Part shown: one piece after another, positions 1 to 14,544 of the stretch
How the letters are laid out: each line of letters starts with the position of its first letter
Numbering within the stretch: position 1 is the first letter of the stretch
Origin: Auanema rhodensis
Taxonomy: Eukaryota > Animalia > Nematoda
Length of the DNA: 64,000 nucleotides
Assembly: GCA_964057225.1 (NCBI GenBank)
Contig: OZ059897.1
Span: forward strand, 6,634,001 to 6,698,000
Direction: 5' to 3'
Notes under the pieces: generated by a model
Database searches by the model: none
Told to the model about the DNA's origin: nothing
The model's input: the letters and a program-made list of their open reading frames with translations, nothing else
Program-made: the position numbers and the translations under genes

Positions 1-2583
1 AAGAATCATTTTCCTAGATTTGTGTTATTTCTGTCAAAAGTTTGGAAACTGCAAAATTTGAGAGTTCATACTCTTTAGAAACATTTCTTCTACAAGTTTT
101 ATCTGTTAATCTTAAATGCTGAGCTTTTAGTTAATGAGAAAGATGACAGGAAAATCATAAGGAGCAGCATAATGAACTTACAGCATAAACTGATCCATAT
201 ACACTATTCAGCTGTTTCATACTATTACTCAAAAGATTAATATGTTTTTTCAGTGTTATATCTTTTCGTTCAATTAAAAATGCTAGTGAATGAAGCTTTC
301 GCTCAAATCGATATCGCCTAAAACGTTGTTTTTAAAACTTTTTCTCAGCATCTTCTTCGGAACCTAAACAAAAATGCTGAAATAGCCAAAAGGATAAGTG
401 CTGCTACAACAGCTGCACAGAGAATGAAGATGAGAATCTTATCAGATTCTGACATGCATAATTCTCCATGAAAACCACATGAAGGTGTATCCGATGGTTG
501 ACCATCTATCCAATTGATTTTCAACGGGTCATCGTAGTGTTCGGTTATCTGAAGATTCAGATGAGCTTATATCCGAAATCATGTGAATATCCAAACCCAT
601 GTGGTATTTTCCAGTGATCTCTGGCGTACACGTCCAACAGACCAAAGGTTATAATCAGAGTTCTTTTCAAAAAAGTAATAAAGCTGCAAAGCTGCTATCA
701 GATCTCCATCACTATCAATTAATTCTTCGAATCCAGTCACACCTAAGTTCAGAAATATCCAAATGAAAACCACGTTTTAGGGAGAAAAATCTTACTAGTT
801 ATGGATCTACTGAGTAAATATTCATAAAAGATTGATCCATCCATAATATTTGCAACCTATTGCGCTCTGTCTTATGTTCAAGAGCTATACAAGAAACTTA
901 CCTGATTAAGAGCATTTTCACCAGCCATAGCATAAAGCATTAATGAATCATAAGCACGTTGTACTCTACCCCAAGATTCTTTCGGAAGTTTCTTGAAAGA
1001 ATTTCATATTTAACTAAAGTTTTGAATAGGATTCTTACATTTGTTTTAGATTTTTTAGGTGGACATATAGGATCACAAGGTTTCTTATCAATTGTATATT
1101 TTTTGACCTTAAATCTTATAAAATTAGAAATATTTTAATTTGAAAAACAAAAACTTTTTGTTGAAATAATTGCCAATCCTTATTTGCATAAGTGGGTACG
1201 GGAGCATCTGATAGTATAACTAAGTTTTGATAAATAAGCTTTAAATCATTTTCTGTGCTATTGATAAACCAATCTTAATTGAGAAATATTATATTTAAGA
1301 ACCAGGACTTCTGAATATAACCGTCTGGGACTCCAAGTTTTAGATCATATACAGTGCTGGATGGTGAGTTAAGCCATCCTTCATTGTATTGATGAGGAAG
1401 AAATGAAATTACAAAATACTCTCCTTCGTCCATTGAGCCCGTTTCAATCATAGCCTATGTTATTAAAGTTCCAAATGTTCTTTTCAACCTGAATTTTGAT
1501 TTAACAACCTGATAATACTGACGGAAAAATGCTGCTTGACTTGAAGCATCATATATTATGAAAACTGAAAAAAAAAGTTGGAAAAACTTTGATAAAGTTC
1601 AAAGAAGCTTACTTCTAGCTTTTGACATATCAGATTTAACTTTTGCACGCAATACATCAAGACTGTTTGAATTAATTCGTGAATCAACCAAAACTTTAAA
1701 TTTTTCCAAGTTTAAAGTTTCTTAAAGTAAATTTTCAGTTTTATATATCTGAATAGTTTAAAAACTCTTATATTACCTACAAGATAACCTCTCACACTAG
1801 AATAGAATGGATCATCTATAGCTGAAGATGAAACAACAGCTACATTTCGCCATTCATATTGCCGAAGAATAGCCAAAATAGCCTAAAATTTCGAGAATAT
1901 TCTGAATATTCTTTTAAGCAATCCTTTCAAAAACCTTAGTAATTGACATTGGCGATGGATTAAATGAAATGAATTTTCTTGGAACTCCTTTATAATTATT
2001 TGGATCAACGTTACAGTACTTAAATTATAATTTTTGGAATAAGATATGAGAAAAAGAAAATAATCAAGTCTTACATCAGATGCTGAAACCTTATTTGCAA
2101 TAGAAAATATAATATTTTCCAGAAAACAGTCATTAGTTAAACCAAAAAAAGCCAAAATATCTTTTTCATATAGCACTTAAATAATAAAAAATATTTTCAG
2201 AAAATGCAAGAAAGAATGACTTGAATCAGCTATTTCACCACTTTTTCTATTTGAACTATCAACATATTGAATTTTGATATCATTAAAATATTCAACATAT
2301 GTATCATTTTTTAATTTTTCCATGGCAAAGTCTAAAGCTGCTGGTATGTAGTATGAACCTGAGAATAAGTTGGAATAAGTTGGAATAAATTGGAAATATT
2401 GAAGGTTAAGAAGAAAGAAAAGAAATAATTACCTTCATCATCACATGTATCAAATGAGCAAGAAAATGGAGCAATATAGTTAAGTTTCAATGGAGTTTGA
2501 ATTTCAAATTCTCCAAAACTTAAGTTTTTGCTGTTGATTACCGGAATGAGAAGCAGAGACAACAATAAGCATTGTTGTCTCAT
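1..2583 (-). CDS. gcy-21: Receptor-type guanylyl cyclase, N-terminal half (signal peptide, ANF-receptor-like extracellular domain, TM, juxtamembrane); multi-exon, continues beyond window start
   Basis: Spliced translation gives MRQQCLLLSLLLIPVINS (signal), IQTPLKLNYIAPFSC, AILRQYEWRNVAVV, RAYDSLMLYAMA, GVTGFEELIDSDGDL, PSDTPSCGFHGELC, TM ILIFILCAAVVAALILLAISAFLF, then RRYRFERKLHSLAFLIERKDITLKKH. These are hallmark motifs of nematode receptor GCY extracellular and juxtamembrane regions. The gcy-21 assignment is from recalled similarity and needs BLAST. Kinase-like and cyclase domains are not in the window. Confidence 0.8.
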
Positions 2584-2903
2584 TATTTTTTTCTAAAAAC
2601 TTGATATGATAGAAAAGATAAATTCTTATAAAAAAAAGAAAAAAAAGATAAAAAAGAAAAAAAAAGTTTTAACATTTCTCATATTCTATACTGAAATATC
2701 AAATATAATTCAGAAACAATGAGGACTATATCCTGAAATATGTGAATAGATTCCATGAACATCATATCCGTTTATGGAAAAATTCATTAACAAATCGGAA
2801 ATAGATAATATTCTTTTTAATTTCCTTTATAACAAATTACTTGAAACCTAAAACCTATTAATATCTCATATCTTTATTTCATTTTCTGTATTTTTTCATC
2901 AAA

Positions 2904-2957
2904 TCTCTCTCTCTCTCTCTCACTCTCTCTCTCTCTCTCCCTGTCTCTCTCTCTCTC
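2904..2957. repeat. (CT)n microsatellite in the 456-bp divergent intergenic region
   Basis: Direct read; lies between the ATGs at 2583(-) and 3040(+). Confidence 0.9.
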
Positions 2958-3039
2958 TTTATAATTATCGTTTCCTCCCACCACTTTCAAAGCTTCTGCC
3001 ACTATACTGTGTTAAACTAACGATTTACTTGATCTGAAA

Positions 3040-5869
3040 ATGATGAAGAATGTTTTCTATATCATCATATACTATTGTATTCTTCATATTCCGTAAGTCA
3101 AAAAAACAACTGTTTTTCATCTTCTCATTAAATTATTTTTCTTTTTTTTAATTTTTTTTTCAGAAATTCCTTAGCACATAATAAAGAAAGTGTTGAGATT
3201 GATATTCCATATTGTAATTCTGATAATAATCTGATGTATGGAGTCGGTACAACGTATGTAATGTGCAATTTGATAACGCATATTTCAACTTAATTCAGCT
3301 TGAGCTGTGCAAATCGTGAATTTCCAAAACCTCAGTTATCATTCGATCTGTCAACATCATCTACATGTAATATTCTGACAAGCAATACCTTTTTCAAAAA
3401 CTATAGATTAGGTTGATATCAATCATCTCAATATTCTATATCAAAATTTTCTCTTTAGGAATACTTAAACAAGGAAAATTCTTCAATAATTTCTGTAAAA
3501 GACGTTGTGCTCATTTCATTACTAGTAGCAGTTGAATTCATTTTAGTTGAAAGTAATCTGACTTGTTTTATCATATTTTCAGGTACTATACCATGTGGAG
3601 TACGACGTCCACCACCAACTTATTCGCCACTTACTGATTGGACTGTGAAAACGTATAACTGTTCAAACTTGAATTTGCCAATATCCAAGGATGATATGCT
3701 AAATGTTTTATAAAAATTTCATTTTTAAATTATAAAATTATAATTTTGAAAGGATAAATATCTTACAAAACTGCTTTCATCAAGAGATCCTGAAGCTGGT
3801 TTTGCTGATACTACATGGGAATATTTTCGAACACTTGATTTAAAAGGAATAAAAATAGTAAACTTTTAAAAATATAAATATAATTTTTTATTTTAATTTA
3901 TAGAAAAAAAATGAAAATAATGTCACTAAGACGACCGTAATGTCAACTATACGGCGTGCTTTTGATGTTGCTCCAAATATGACTGTGGTTTGTTCTCCTT
4001 CTCTTAGTAGTTCATTTTAATTATAATAATAATTATTATTATTTAGATAAGTTTACTATTATACAAACAAGATGGTATAAAACCAGTTGAAGTTCATGAC
4101 TTACCTGAAGTTCTTTCTCTCATTAAAAATATGAAAAAATTAGAAGAACTACTTCTGGCTGGAATAAATATTTCATCGTGGGATAGAGTATTAATTATAA
4201 ATTTTATTTATTATTATAAACATTTTGTGTTATAGCCCCATGATGATTTAACAAATTTACATGGAGTATATTTGGATTATGTTGGTATTAATGATCCACC
4301 ACATTGGCTATTGGAAATTCCAAATCTATCAGTATATTTGAAATATTATTTATTTACAATTACATATAAGCAATTATAGTTTCTTAACATTCGAAATATG
4401 CTTACTGATCAAACGAATTTTACAATTTTGAATTCTTTACCAACTTTGGAACATTTCATCTTAGAGCGGTCTGAGAAGCACATGCATATATGTGTTATTA
4501 CTTGTGATTTCAGATCAGAAATAACCAAATTGACTAAAGGATTTCTTGCAAAAAGTACCAATTTGATATCATTCAGCATGATATGTTCAATGGTATCAAG
4601 CATAGAGAAAGGTTAATATACTTCTACAGATGATATTTATGTGCAGAAAAATTTAGAATTTTTCGATAATATACCTAATCTTCAATTTTTAACTATACGT
4701 AATAATCGTATAACATCATTACCAACAGATGTTTTTTCAAGTTTAACTAATTTAATTGCATTTGATTTTTATGGGTTTGTTTGAATATTTTATATTCTAA
4801 TTAGGTTAATTAGCATATTATAAAACAAATAATTTTCATTTTTATTTTGAAATTAGATGAGAAACGGTTGTTGATTGATTTGTTTTGATATGATATCATG
4901 ATGATATCGATGATCAATGATTATCAATCATTTTTAAAATAATTATTTAAACTATTCATACGATTTATTTTATTTTTGAAAGTATTATAGTGATGGTCCG
5001 TCACCTACTGGAACAGAAAATAGTGTACCATTTACGTGTAACGATGGATTCTATTCAAAGCAATTTACTACAAACGATACTGTAAATTTGAAATTTAAAA
5101 TGAAATTCATCTAAATTTCCATAAAATATTTAAGATATGCATTGATAAATTGCCTACGTTTTCTAATCCGGAAAAGATATTGGGAATTGAATTTGAGCAG
5201 TGTCCTACTGTTGTAGATGAGCTACAAACAGGATATTTGAAACAATTTCCTAATCTTGAGGTTCATATACAATGATTTTTGAATATGTTTTAAAGAAAAT
5301 ATATTTGTTTTTACAGCATTTACGCCTATCTATCATGAATATAACAGGATTTTCGGGAATGGGCTTGGAAACGTTATGTCATTTACATTCTTTTGGATAT
5401 GGTATGAATCCATTATCTGATCCCCATTGGTTTCCTCAAGAATTATATTTGAATAATGTATTGGAAATAACATCAACACCAGCACCTGCATCAAAAATAA
5501 ACTTTGTATGAAGCTTAGCACATGAACTCATCGCTAATTTTATTATTTTAGCTTCAATTCACTTCACATTGTCCAGCTTTATTAGCTATGTTACGAGAAA
5601 ATTCTGTATTTACACTTGATTTATACTATAAACTGGATATAATTAATAATTATAAAAATGAAACACAAGGAAGATGTGAAATGGGTATGTATAATCATCT
5701 TCTAAACATATTTTCATTTCAAATTATAGAAATTGCTCGTATGGCTATCATGTATAACTATACTATAAGTGATCCAGAATGTGCAGCTATGGGTTCGACA
5801 CGATTGGCAAAAGTTAAGGAATTGGAAAGACAACGTGTTGAAGGAAATGCTAATTGTGCTTACGCTTAA
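3040..5869 (+). CDS. Secreted leucine-rich-repeat protein, multi-exon
   Basis: ATG at 3040 with hydrophobic N-terminus MMKNVFYIIIYYCILHIP|gtaagt. LRR-like exons: IKNMKKLEELLLAGINIS, LNSLPTLEHFILER, FDNIPNLQFLTIRNNRITSLPTDVFSSLTNLIAFDF, LKQFPNLEHLRLSIMNIT. Ends VEGNANCAYA* at 5869. No TM segment seen. Confidence 0.75.
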
Positions 5870-7876
5870 AAAACACAAAAAATACATTTTTTAATATAAT
5901 TTCAAATATAAATATTTGTATTGTATGGTTAAATCAAAATAAAAATTGTCAATGGTTACTATTCTTATTCTTTTTTTTTCGTTCTTTCTTATATTCCATT
6001 TATCAATTTAAGTGTTCAAAAGTTACACAAAAAAAAAAGTCAACAATTTGGATGACATAGTTGAAAGAGTAGATTCTCTTTTTGAACTTATAAGGTTAAG
6101 TTAAGTATAAGTTCATTCATTTTGTATATAAATAATAGTTTTATACATATACTATATATGTATAATATAGTTATCGATTGAATATATATGTAATGAAAAA
6201 CTTGACATACAAGTTTGTTGTACTATTAGAGTTCGACTCGTTTTTCATGATTATGATATCACTTAGTGTACGAACTCATCTATCTTCAATGAAATTCCAT
6301 GTAAACCTTAACGGATTCATTGAAGCATTATTTAAAAATCTGGTTAATATCAATAACAGGATTATCGTCAATATAAGAATCTTTCAATATCATATTTCTG
6401 CTTTATTACCTCTATCCAAATACAGTTGGACATTCATTTCTAGAAAGTGCTGTTATCATCAATCAGTGATTTTCAAAATTCATATTTGTATAATTTGTTT
6501 ATATTAATCTTCTATATATGTAGAAAAAGAGAAGAAGATCCTTCAATTCTATCTTAATTTTTGTTTTTTTGACTCGAAATATCTTAAAATTAACTTTTTA
6601 AAATTTTTTTAACCAGATTACTAATTCGATGACCAATTGAAAACCATATCACTTCCCTATTGACATGGTTTCTCTTTAAACTTTTTGTTTTTTAGAAATC
6701 AAAGATTTGTCGTTTTCTAATTCAAAAAATTCATTTGATTCCAAAACACTTTAATGATAGATAACGTTTAAGGAGTAATATCGAACATCACTTGTTGTAT
6801 TTCGTTTTCATTTTGAAACTTTTTTTTAACTGAAGATTACGTGGGTTTATCTATAAAACAAATCTTTTTTTTCTCTCTCTATTTCTAAGTATTTTCTCTC
6901 AATCTCTCTCTCTCTCTAAGCTCTTTTTTTCATTTTCTCTCTTTTTCTCTCGCAATCTCTCAATATCTTTTTTTATGAATTTTTATAAATCTTTTTTATT
7001 CTTTCTCATATAATTTCTTTTCTCTTTTAATCTTTTTAGTTAATTCATTTGTTCATCTTCTTTATCTTCTTGTTCTTGTAATGGCTAGATATCATTATTA
7101 TATTTAATTATCATATAAATGGATTATCAATTACTTCCTTTTTTATTTATAAAAAGAAAAAAAGTTCAGAAAAGTTTTAATAAGCTTGATTTTCGTTTTG
7201 TATAATCTCATATTTCGCTTTTTTTCTATTAAAATCTATATACTAACCTGAAATATACATATATACATATGTATTTCTAATAGTTTTTTCTATAATTCAG
7301 TAGTGATAAAACGTTTTTTTTTCTCATTTTGGGACACAGAACACATCAGAGACCAAGTTGTATGTTTAGAGAGGTGGGGGGCCCTGATGTCTGGGGTACG
7401 TGCCTAAGGTACAGACACTCACTATCAGCTAGAACGAAGTCTCCTTTTCTCCATCTAAAGAACTGCACAAAGAAAGCAGTTTTCAATATATTTTCCTTTC
7501 TTTTATGCTTTATTTATAAAATTTATTAATCTTTTATTCTACAATTTGGTGCCAAAAAAAGAAAAAGAATAGAATTGTCAACCTAGATGCATTTACACAG
7601 AGAATTGAGAGCAATAAAATTTTTTTTTGTAAATTTTCAATTTCTTTATTTCGCTCTCAAAATGAAAATAGCAAATTTTGGAACGTTGATTCATATTCTA
7701 TGATCGTCATCAAGATGTGGTCCCTTCTTCACCCTTAAGTGATTGAAAAGCACAATATGTTGTAATAGATCTTTGAAAAGTGCTTCTTCGAAAATATTTA
7801 TTTTCGTTTGTCTGATTTTTATGTCTTGATAAAAGTTATCTGCTGTTTTCTTAAAATTCATTGATGTTTATCGTAA

Positions 7877-7884
7877 TCTTTCAG
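7877..7884 (+). promoter_or_regulatory. Candidate trans-splice (SL) or 5'UTR intron acceptor
   Basis: TCTTTCAG 14 nt upstream of the transporter ATG at 7899; resembles the nematode TTTTCAG acceptor. Confidence 0.35.
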
Positions 7885-7898
7885 AATTATTCGCAGCA

Positions 7899-8004
7899 AT
7901 GTCAAACAAAGTTGCAGATTTCCAATCAAATTCTTTTAAAACCGAGGATCGGATATGGACTGTCGGTGAGTTCAATAAACCTTTAATCTTTTTGTATCTC
8001 TCTT

Positions 8005-8071
<67 letters not shown>

Positions 8072-11000
8072 CTCTCTCCCTCTTTACTTTTTGTATCTTG
8101 ACCGTATTGCCTGTTTTATATTATTTTGTATAATAAACCAAAAAAATGATTTTAAATTTATTCTTCATGTGCCATATAAAACGGAAATGAAATATCTGTT
8201 GATGGCAATGTATTGTGAGTTAGATAGTCGGATCAAATTTTCGTTATATTTTCAATATGTCAACATAGACGTTTTGAGTATTATTATCCTATTAACACAT
8301 ATTATCAAATCTGGAGTATACATTTTGGAAAATTTGATTATAAATGAGCACAAGGGAACGTTCAAATTTGAAAAGTTTAGATTAATACATATACATATAA
8401 AGGTATATGTTATATAATCTATTAACCTTTTCATGTAATATTAAATATAATTTTCAAAAATTAATAGATAATTTGGAATTTTAAAGATAAAAATTAAAGA
8501 CCTTATCAAAGGCAATATAATGAGAAAAAACCAAACCCCTTCTATCTCTCTCTATCTCTCTATCTCTCTTACTAGCTATTGTTCCTCCAATGTTTCAAAT
8601 AAGATCACAAGTCAAAAATATTTTTCATAAATTCATCAATTACATCATCATCATCATCATTAATTTTTAATAAGTTCAACAACAAAAACAAGATGATGCA
8701 CATGGGATTACAACAATAAAATTATTTTTTCCTAGGAAATAGGTTGAAATACATGATGAAATGAGGTTAATTTACATCATTTTAACTATTTTATCATCAG
8801 CAGCAAAACAAGTTTTTGTTTCAAATTTATTTTATTTTTTGTTTTTTAAAAAAAATATATTAAAAGCTATTATATTTCATTATATATTACTATATATGTA
8901 TATATAGTATATCTATATCATATTTTAGTTTTAAATAAACGTCATAAGCTTCATATTCATTAGAATAATGTTGTTTTGCATATATATGTATATCATATAT
9001 TCACGTGAAACTTACGTGAAAAGAATCATTTTTCATTTCAAATGCCTATGACATACACACTTGACTTGCATTTATATTTTATTAAATTACTTGTTATATT
9101 ATTATAATTAACTATATGCAGATAATTAAATATATATATATATATATGTACAGTAAATTGAGAAAAAACAAATAGTTTAGCAAGTAACATGTTTGACATG
9201 TACTAAAAACATACGAATACATTTTGTATTTGAAAGATAATGATGCATTACTTAACTATATATGAATATTAAATCAAAATATTTCTTAAAACCCAATAGC
9301 ATAAGGTGAATTAGTTTCAACATTTTGCAAGCATGTAAGTATGCTAAACACACATATAAATTCATTTATATACATACATGCATGTGTATATAATTATGAA
9401 AAAGATGTTAAAATGATTAATATATATAATACAATATACTATTATATAATTATAATAAAATTTAACTTATATTTAACTATATATATATATATGTATATAT
9501 AACTATACATATGCTTAACCCAGTAATTTTTTCTTTTTTTTTTTGGTTAAAAATGTTGAACATTGATCAACTTATACGTGAATAATATGAATTATACTTA
9601 TATGGAAATCTTTAAATATAACAATTTATATAAATATTGTTTCTGTTTCCTTTTTTGGATATATTCTTTTGCTAAAACCAGTGAAACCTGAGATGATAAT
9701 GCTGTTCTTATACTAATGCTTCTGCATGTGATGGTGATGATTATGATTTCCTCTCCATCTACATATCTACTGATCTGGATCTACACATAGATATGTATGT
9801 GAGTATGTGCATGTGTGTGTGTTAAAAAACACTTTATTATTATATAATTATATATTTTATTATATTTTCTTCTTACCAAATATTTTTTCGTTTACTCAGT
9901 TGAAGAAAAAAAACAATTAATTTAAGCTATGTCATATATTTAAATAAGAATGTTTAAATACACATTAGAAATACCTGATTATGTGTGTATGTGTGTGTGT
10001 TAACTTCTTCAATATCACATTGTAAGTGATGATCTCTCTCTCTATCTCTCTCTCCCTCTCTCTCTTCATTTTTACACTGACATCTATCACTATGCGTTAT
10101 CCAATGCTTTTCAGCTTTATCTACTCATATTCATTCAGTTTTTCAATCCATTTACTTCATATCCAGTTAGTACATCAAATAACAATAACAACCATATGGC
10201 TAACAAACAGTTCACCATTTTCTTCATTTTCCTGTGCTCATACTACTGTTGACCAGTAATCATCCTACTTCTTCCAAGTCTTTTATCCCATTTTGTTTTC
10301 TCGTTCTCTCTCTTTTCCGCTCTATCTCTTTCTCATTCCATTTCTATCTGTTTCTCCATCATTTTACATTCTCTCGTTGTGTTCTCTCTCCAAACTATAT
10401 TTCTACGCTGCAAGTTCAAAGAACCATGTTCTGAAAAAAGCTGTTCCCATGTGGACTTTGAGACTAAATATCAAATACATCATTAATTTTTTTCATTTTC
10501 GTCCATCATCTTTGGGTTATTGTTCTCTTAACTCTTTCTTGTTGCAACCCTCGAATCTCTTTTTCCAAAATATCTCTCATCATTAAAAATATATATAGAG
10601 TTCTCATTATATTCATATAGTAAATGAAAATTAGTTTCTTGAAACATATGGATGAAACTTGAAAAATTTTTGAATATTCACTTCAAAATTAATTTTTAAA
10701 ACTTATTTTATTAAAATTTTCTTTTTAACTTTTCTCACGAACTAATCATACATTTTGAAAGTTTGCTCAAAGATTCATGTTCATAAATTGTTTGACGTTG
10801 AGTCATGTTGTATCAGAAGTATGTTTATTCGAAACTACATATCTTCATTTCTACCTAATTATTTTCAATCTACTTCTATTGCTTTCTCTCTTAATTTTAC
10901 TAGATAGTTTATTATTTAATTTATCATAAATAAATCGAATTTCTATAAGCGTTATGTTTAGAACCGATGAGTCCTCGCAAGGGTGAATCCTCGCATTCAG

Positions 11001-13264
11001 CATCCTATCTGGATGTACAAGAAGCAAATGCTTTGGCAGATGCTAAAGTTAAAGAGCTTGAAGAAGGTAGTGTCACTACAAAAGAAGAGAAAATCTCGTA
11101 AGTTTTGGACATATATTGACATCTAACATCTAGTATCTTTAAAATTTTTACTAAATCTTATTTAGAACAAGTTATGCTCTCATAAATTTGCTGAAAGGAA
11201 TGGTTGGTCCTGGATGTTTTGCTTTACCTTTATCATTTAAACAAGCAGGCCTTTGGGTTTGTAAATTATTGGAAAAAAAATTAATTTAACATATGTTGAA
11301 GGCTGGTATGGTGATTGTCTTTCTATTAGGTATTATTTCATCCATATGTATGATTAAATTAGTAAGATGTTCACAATATTTGTGTAAAAGGTATGAAAAT
11401 CTAATTTAATTCTGAATTTTTCTAAAATTATGTGAGAAAAACTAATTTTTTTGACTTATAATTAAGTATATAACATGTAATTTATTAAGTTATCTTTGCA
11501 TATAATTATAACTTATTTTTAACAAAATGAAAGAATAATACTTTGATAAGAGTAGATAACTGATAAGCTTTGTTGTACCGGATGTACATACATTGCCGGA
11601 AGCTAAAATGATTTCATATTATCAACATGTTTTCTATCTCATAAATATTATGATAATTATAGAAATAATAAAAAAACTTTGGATTATGGTCAAATGGCAG
11701 AGGAAGCATTTCGCTCAAGTTTTCCAGTACTCAAAAAATTCAGTTTAACTATAAAGTATGAAATATTTCATCATTTGTACTATAAAGATTAAGATTTTTC
11801 CATTTTTTTTAGGCTCATAGTTAACAGCTGTTTGATTTTACTTCAAATTGGTATCTGCAGTGTTTTTTATATTTTCGTTGTTGAACATCTAATGGATGTA
11901 AGTTTAAAATGAGAAATCGATTGTCATGCTGTCTGAATGATATTCACATAGTCAATGACGTATTTCACGTATTTCACGTAGCATTCTATTCACGTGTACA
12001 TTTTTTGAATTTTACTGATTAACTGAACGGTTGCTCTTTGTTGACACAAAAATTTTTAAAGAAACAATCTGAAAAGCATACATGTCCTGAGCATTATTTG
12101 AAATTCCATATTGTTTCAGATTCAACAGCATATCTGGCCAAATGTACATATTACAAGAAATATATATTTCTTGCTTGTGTTGCCAGCATTTTTGCTACTT
12201 TGCACGATACGAACATTGAAAGTTATATCAATCGTTTGCTTAATGGGAAATATCTTAATGACATGCTCATTAACAATAATTCTTGAGGTATATATTTAAC
12301 TATATATTTACAAAATAGGATATAACTAACTTAAGGAATTAATTCGATCGCCACATATCAATACTAACGATCTTCCAGCAGTCACTGATTTGAACGGAGT
12401 AACCATGGCTGCTGGATCTATCTTATATGCTTTAGAAGGACAAGCATTGGTATTAGCAATTTGATAATTTTTCTCAAATATAACTATGTGATATAGGTAT
12501 TACCATTAGAAAATAAGATGAAACATCCAGCAGACATGAAAGGATATAACGGTGTGTTATCGACTGGAGTATCTCTTGTATCTCTCATTTATGCTGCTTG
12601 TGGGTAAGTGAAAATTAGTTTATTTAGGAAATTAATTGAAAATTTTAAAGATTTTATGGATATATCACATATGGAGATTCAGTTAAGGCAAGTATTACTT
12701 TAAATCTGACTGATAATCCGTAAGTTGAAGATCTATAAACCCTATTATGAGCATTGTTTGCGTTACAGGCTTGACTTCTCCGTTAAAATTATGCTTTTGA
12801 TCGTTGTTTTCTTTGGATTTCTTATCCAATCATTTCCTCTCGTTGAGATGATTTGGCCGCCCATCAAAAGAAGATTACGAGACAAAAGTTACAGTCGTAT
12901 TACAAGAATATCTTCTGAATATTTGTTCAGATACAGCATTGTATTTGCAGCTTGTAAGTTTACAAATTTTTTCAACTTCTTCACAGATATTCACTTTGCA
13001 GTAGCAATATCATATGCTGTACCTAACTTAGAAGAAATCATACCACTTGTTGGTGTTACCTCGGGCATGATGTTAGCTTTGGTATTACCACCTGTCATGG
13101 AAACAGCATGCTTTTTACCTATATGGCTAACGGAATTACCAAAATGGAAATTAATTTGGAATTTAACTTTTAATTCCATCTTCTTCTTGCTTGGTATCTT
13201 TTTTGTTATTACTGGATTACAAGCCAATATTAGAAGTTTAATATCTCCATCCTCAACTTCATAA
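7899..13264 (+). CDS. Proton-coupled amino acid transporter (SLC36/PAT, Aa_trans family), multi-exon with ~3-kb first intron
   Basis: Exon 1 MSNKVADFQ...WTV|gtgagt. Exons from ~10963 include ALINLLKGMVGPGCFALPLSFKQAGLW, LDYGQMAEEAF, AGSILYALEGQALVLPLENKMKHP, GFYGYITYGDSVKASITLNL and VPNLEEIIPLVGVTSGMMLALVLPP, ending ISPSSTS* at 13264. Linkage of exon 1 is inferred from compatible phase. Confidence 0.9.
7997..8068. repeat. (CT)n microsatellite in transporter intron 1
   Basis: Direct read. Confidence 0.9.
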
Positions 13265-13571
13265 ATGCGGCATTCTCATCATTTTTACTTTAAAATTAAT
13301 AAGTTATTTTGCTTTCATTGTTACAAACATGACATAACGGATTTCTAATTCGCCTTTATCATCACATTCAGTCATAAATTATATTTCACTTATACATATA
13401 TATATATAGATATATATGTATGTATTGATACAGGTTGTAAAGAAAATTGAAAATTTTTGATTTTCTTTTTTCTTTTCTTATTGTTCATTCAAAAAAAAAA
13501 AAGATTTTTCCGCTCAGAAAAATTTTCATTCAGTCATCTCTTAGTTAATAAATTAATATATATGTATTTAA

Positions 13572-13662
13572 AAAGAGAGAGCGAGAGAAAGAGAGAGAGA
13601 GAGAAAGCGAAATAGAAAGAGGTAGAGAGAGAGAAGGAGAGAGAGAGAGAGAGAGAGAGACA
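13572..13662. repeat. Imperfect (GA)n microsatellite between convergent 3' ends
   Basis: Direct read. Confidence 0.8.
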
Positions 13663-14544
13663 AAGAGTTTGATAACCTATTTCATCTAACACTTCCGTAC
13701 GGGTTTTCATATCATTGATATTCATATGGAAATGTAATATATTTGTATTTATCTCTATTTTTTTTATTAAAAAAATAAATTTTATTTGAATTTTTATTTA
13801 TTTTGTAAATCTAGAAATAATTTTTTTTTGCGAATTTCACATGTACAACGTAGTTATAATATAGTCAATCATAAGTAATATACATAGTTAAACGATAAAT
13901 CAATTTTACTATACTATATGGCTAAGAAAACAAATATAAAAAGCTGATGAACATGGAATATACACCGAGAACAAATCAGAATTATAACAAGACGAAATAG
14001 TAATTATTCATATGATTTCTTTAATTTTAAGTTAATTTGGAGTGGATGGATTTCTGTATTAAGATCATATCAAGATGAATAAATGAGAGAATTTAATATA
14101 AAATGATATGAATTATAAGAAAAAAAGAAGAAGAAGAAGAAAAAACAAATAGAAAAAAAGAAAAAGTCATAACAAGCTATATGATATAGAATAAAAATTG
14201 AAATTAACTGAATTGAGTAGTGAAAAAAAACATTTTTGAGGCAAAAGCTTAAGTGTTTTAAAGATTCAAATATTCTAAATAATATCGTCATTTATTATTT
14301 GGAGTTCCAGAAGGGAAAATTAAAAGTTTTTCTTTGATTTCAGCTGATAATATTGATTAATTAAGATAAGAAAACTAGATGTGAGAAATAGAAGACAAGA
14401 CACATCATCATATGTATCTCATTCTACAGGTAACTCCTTATAGTTGAAGATATTAAACAATAAAAATAGAATATCTAATATATAACTACATATAGCTCTT
14501 TGTTGTTGTTGTTTTTTGAAATAATGATGTTGTTGTTGATGTTG

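Noticed and set aside
7899-8417. 172-aa ORF as a stand-alone protein
   Set aside because: It is transporter exon 1 read through into an intron containing a (CT)n tract.
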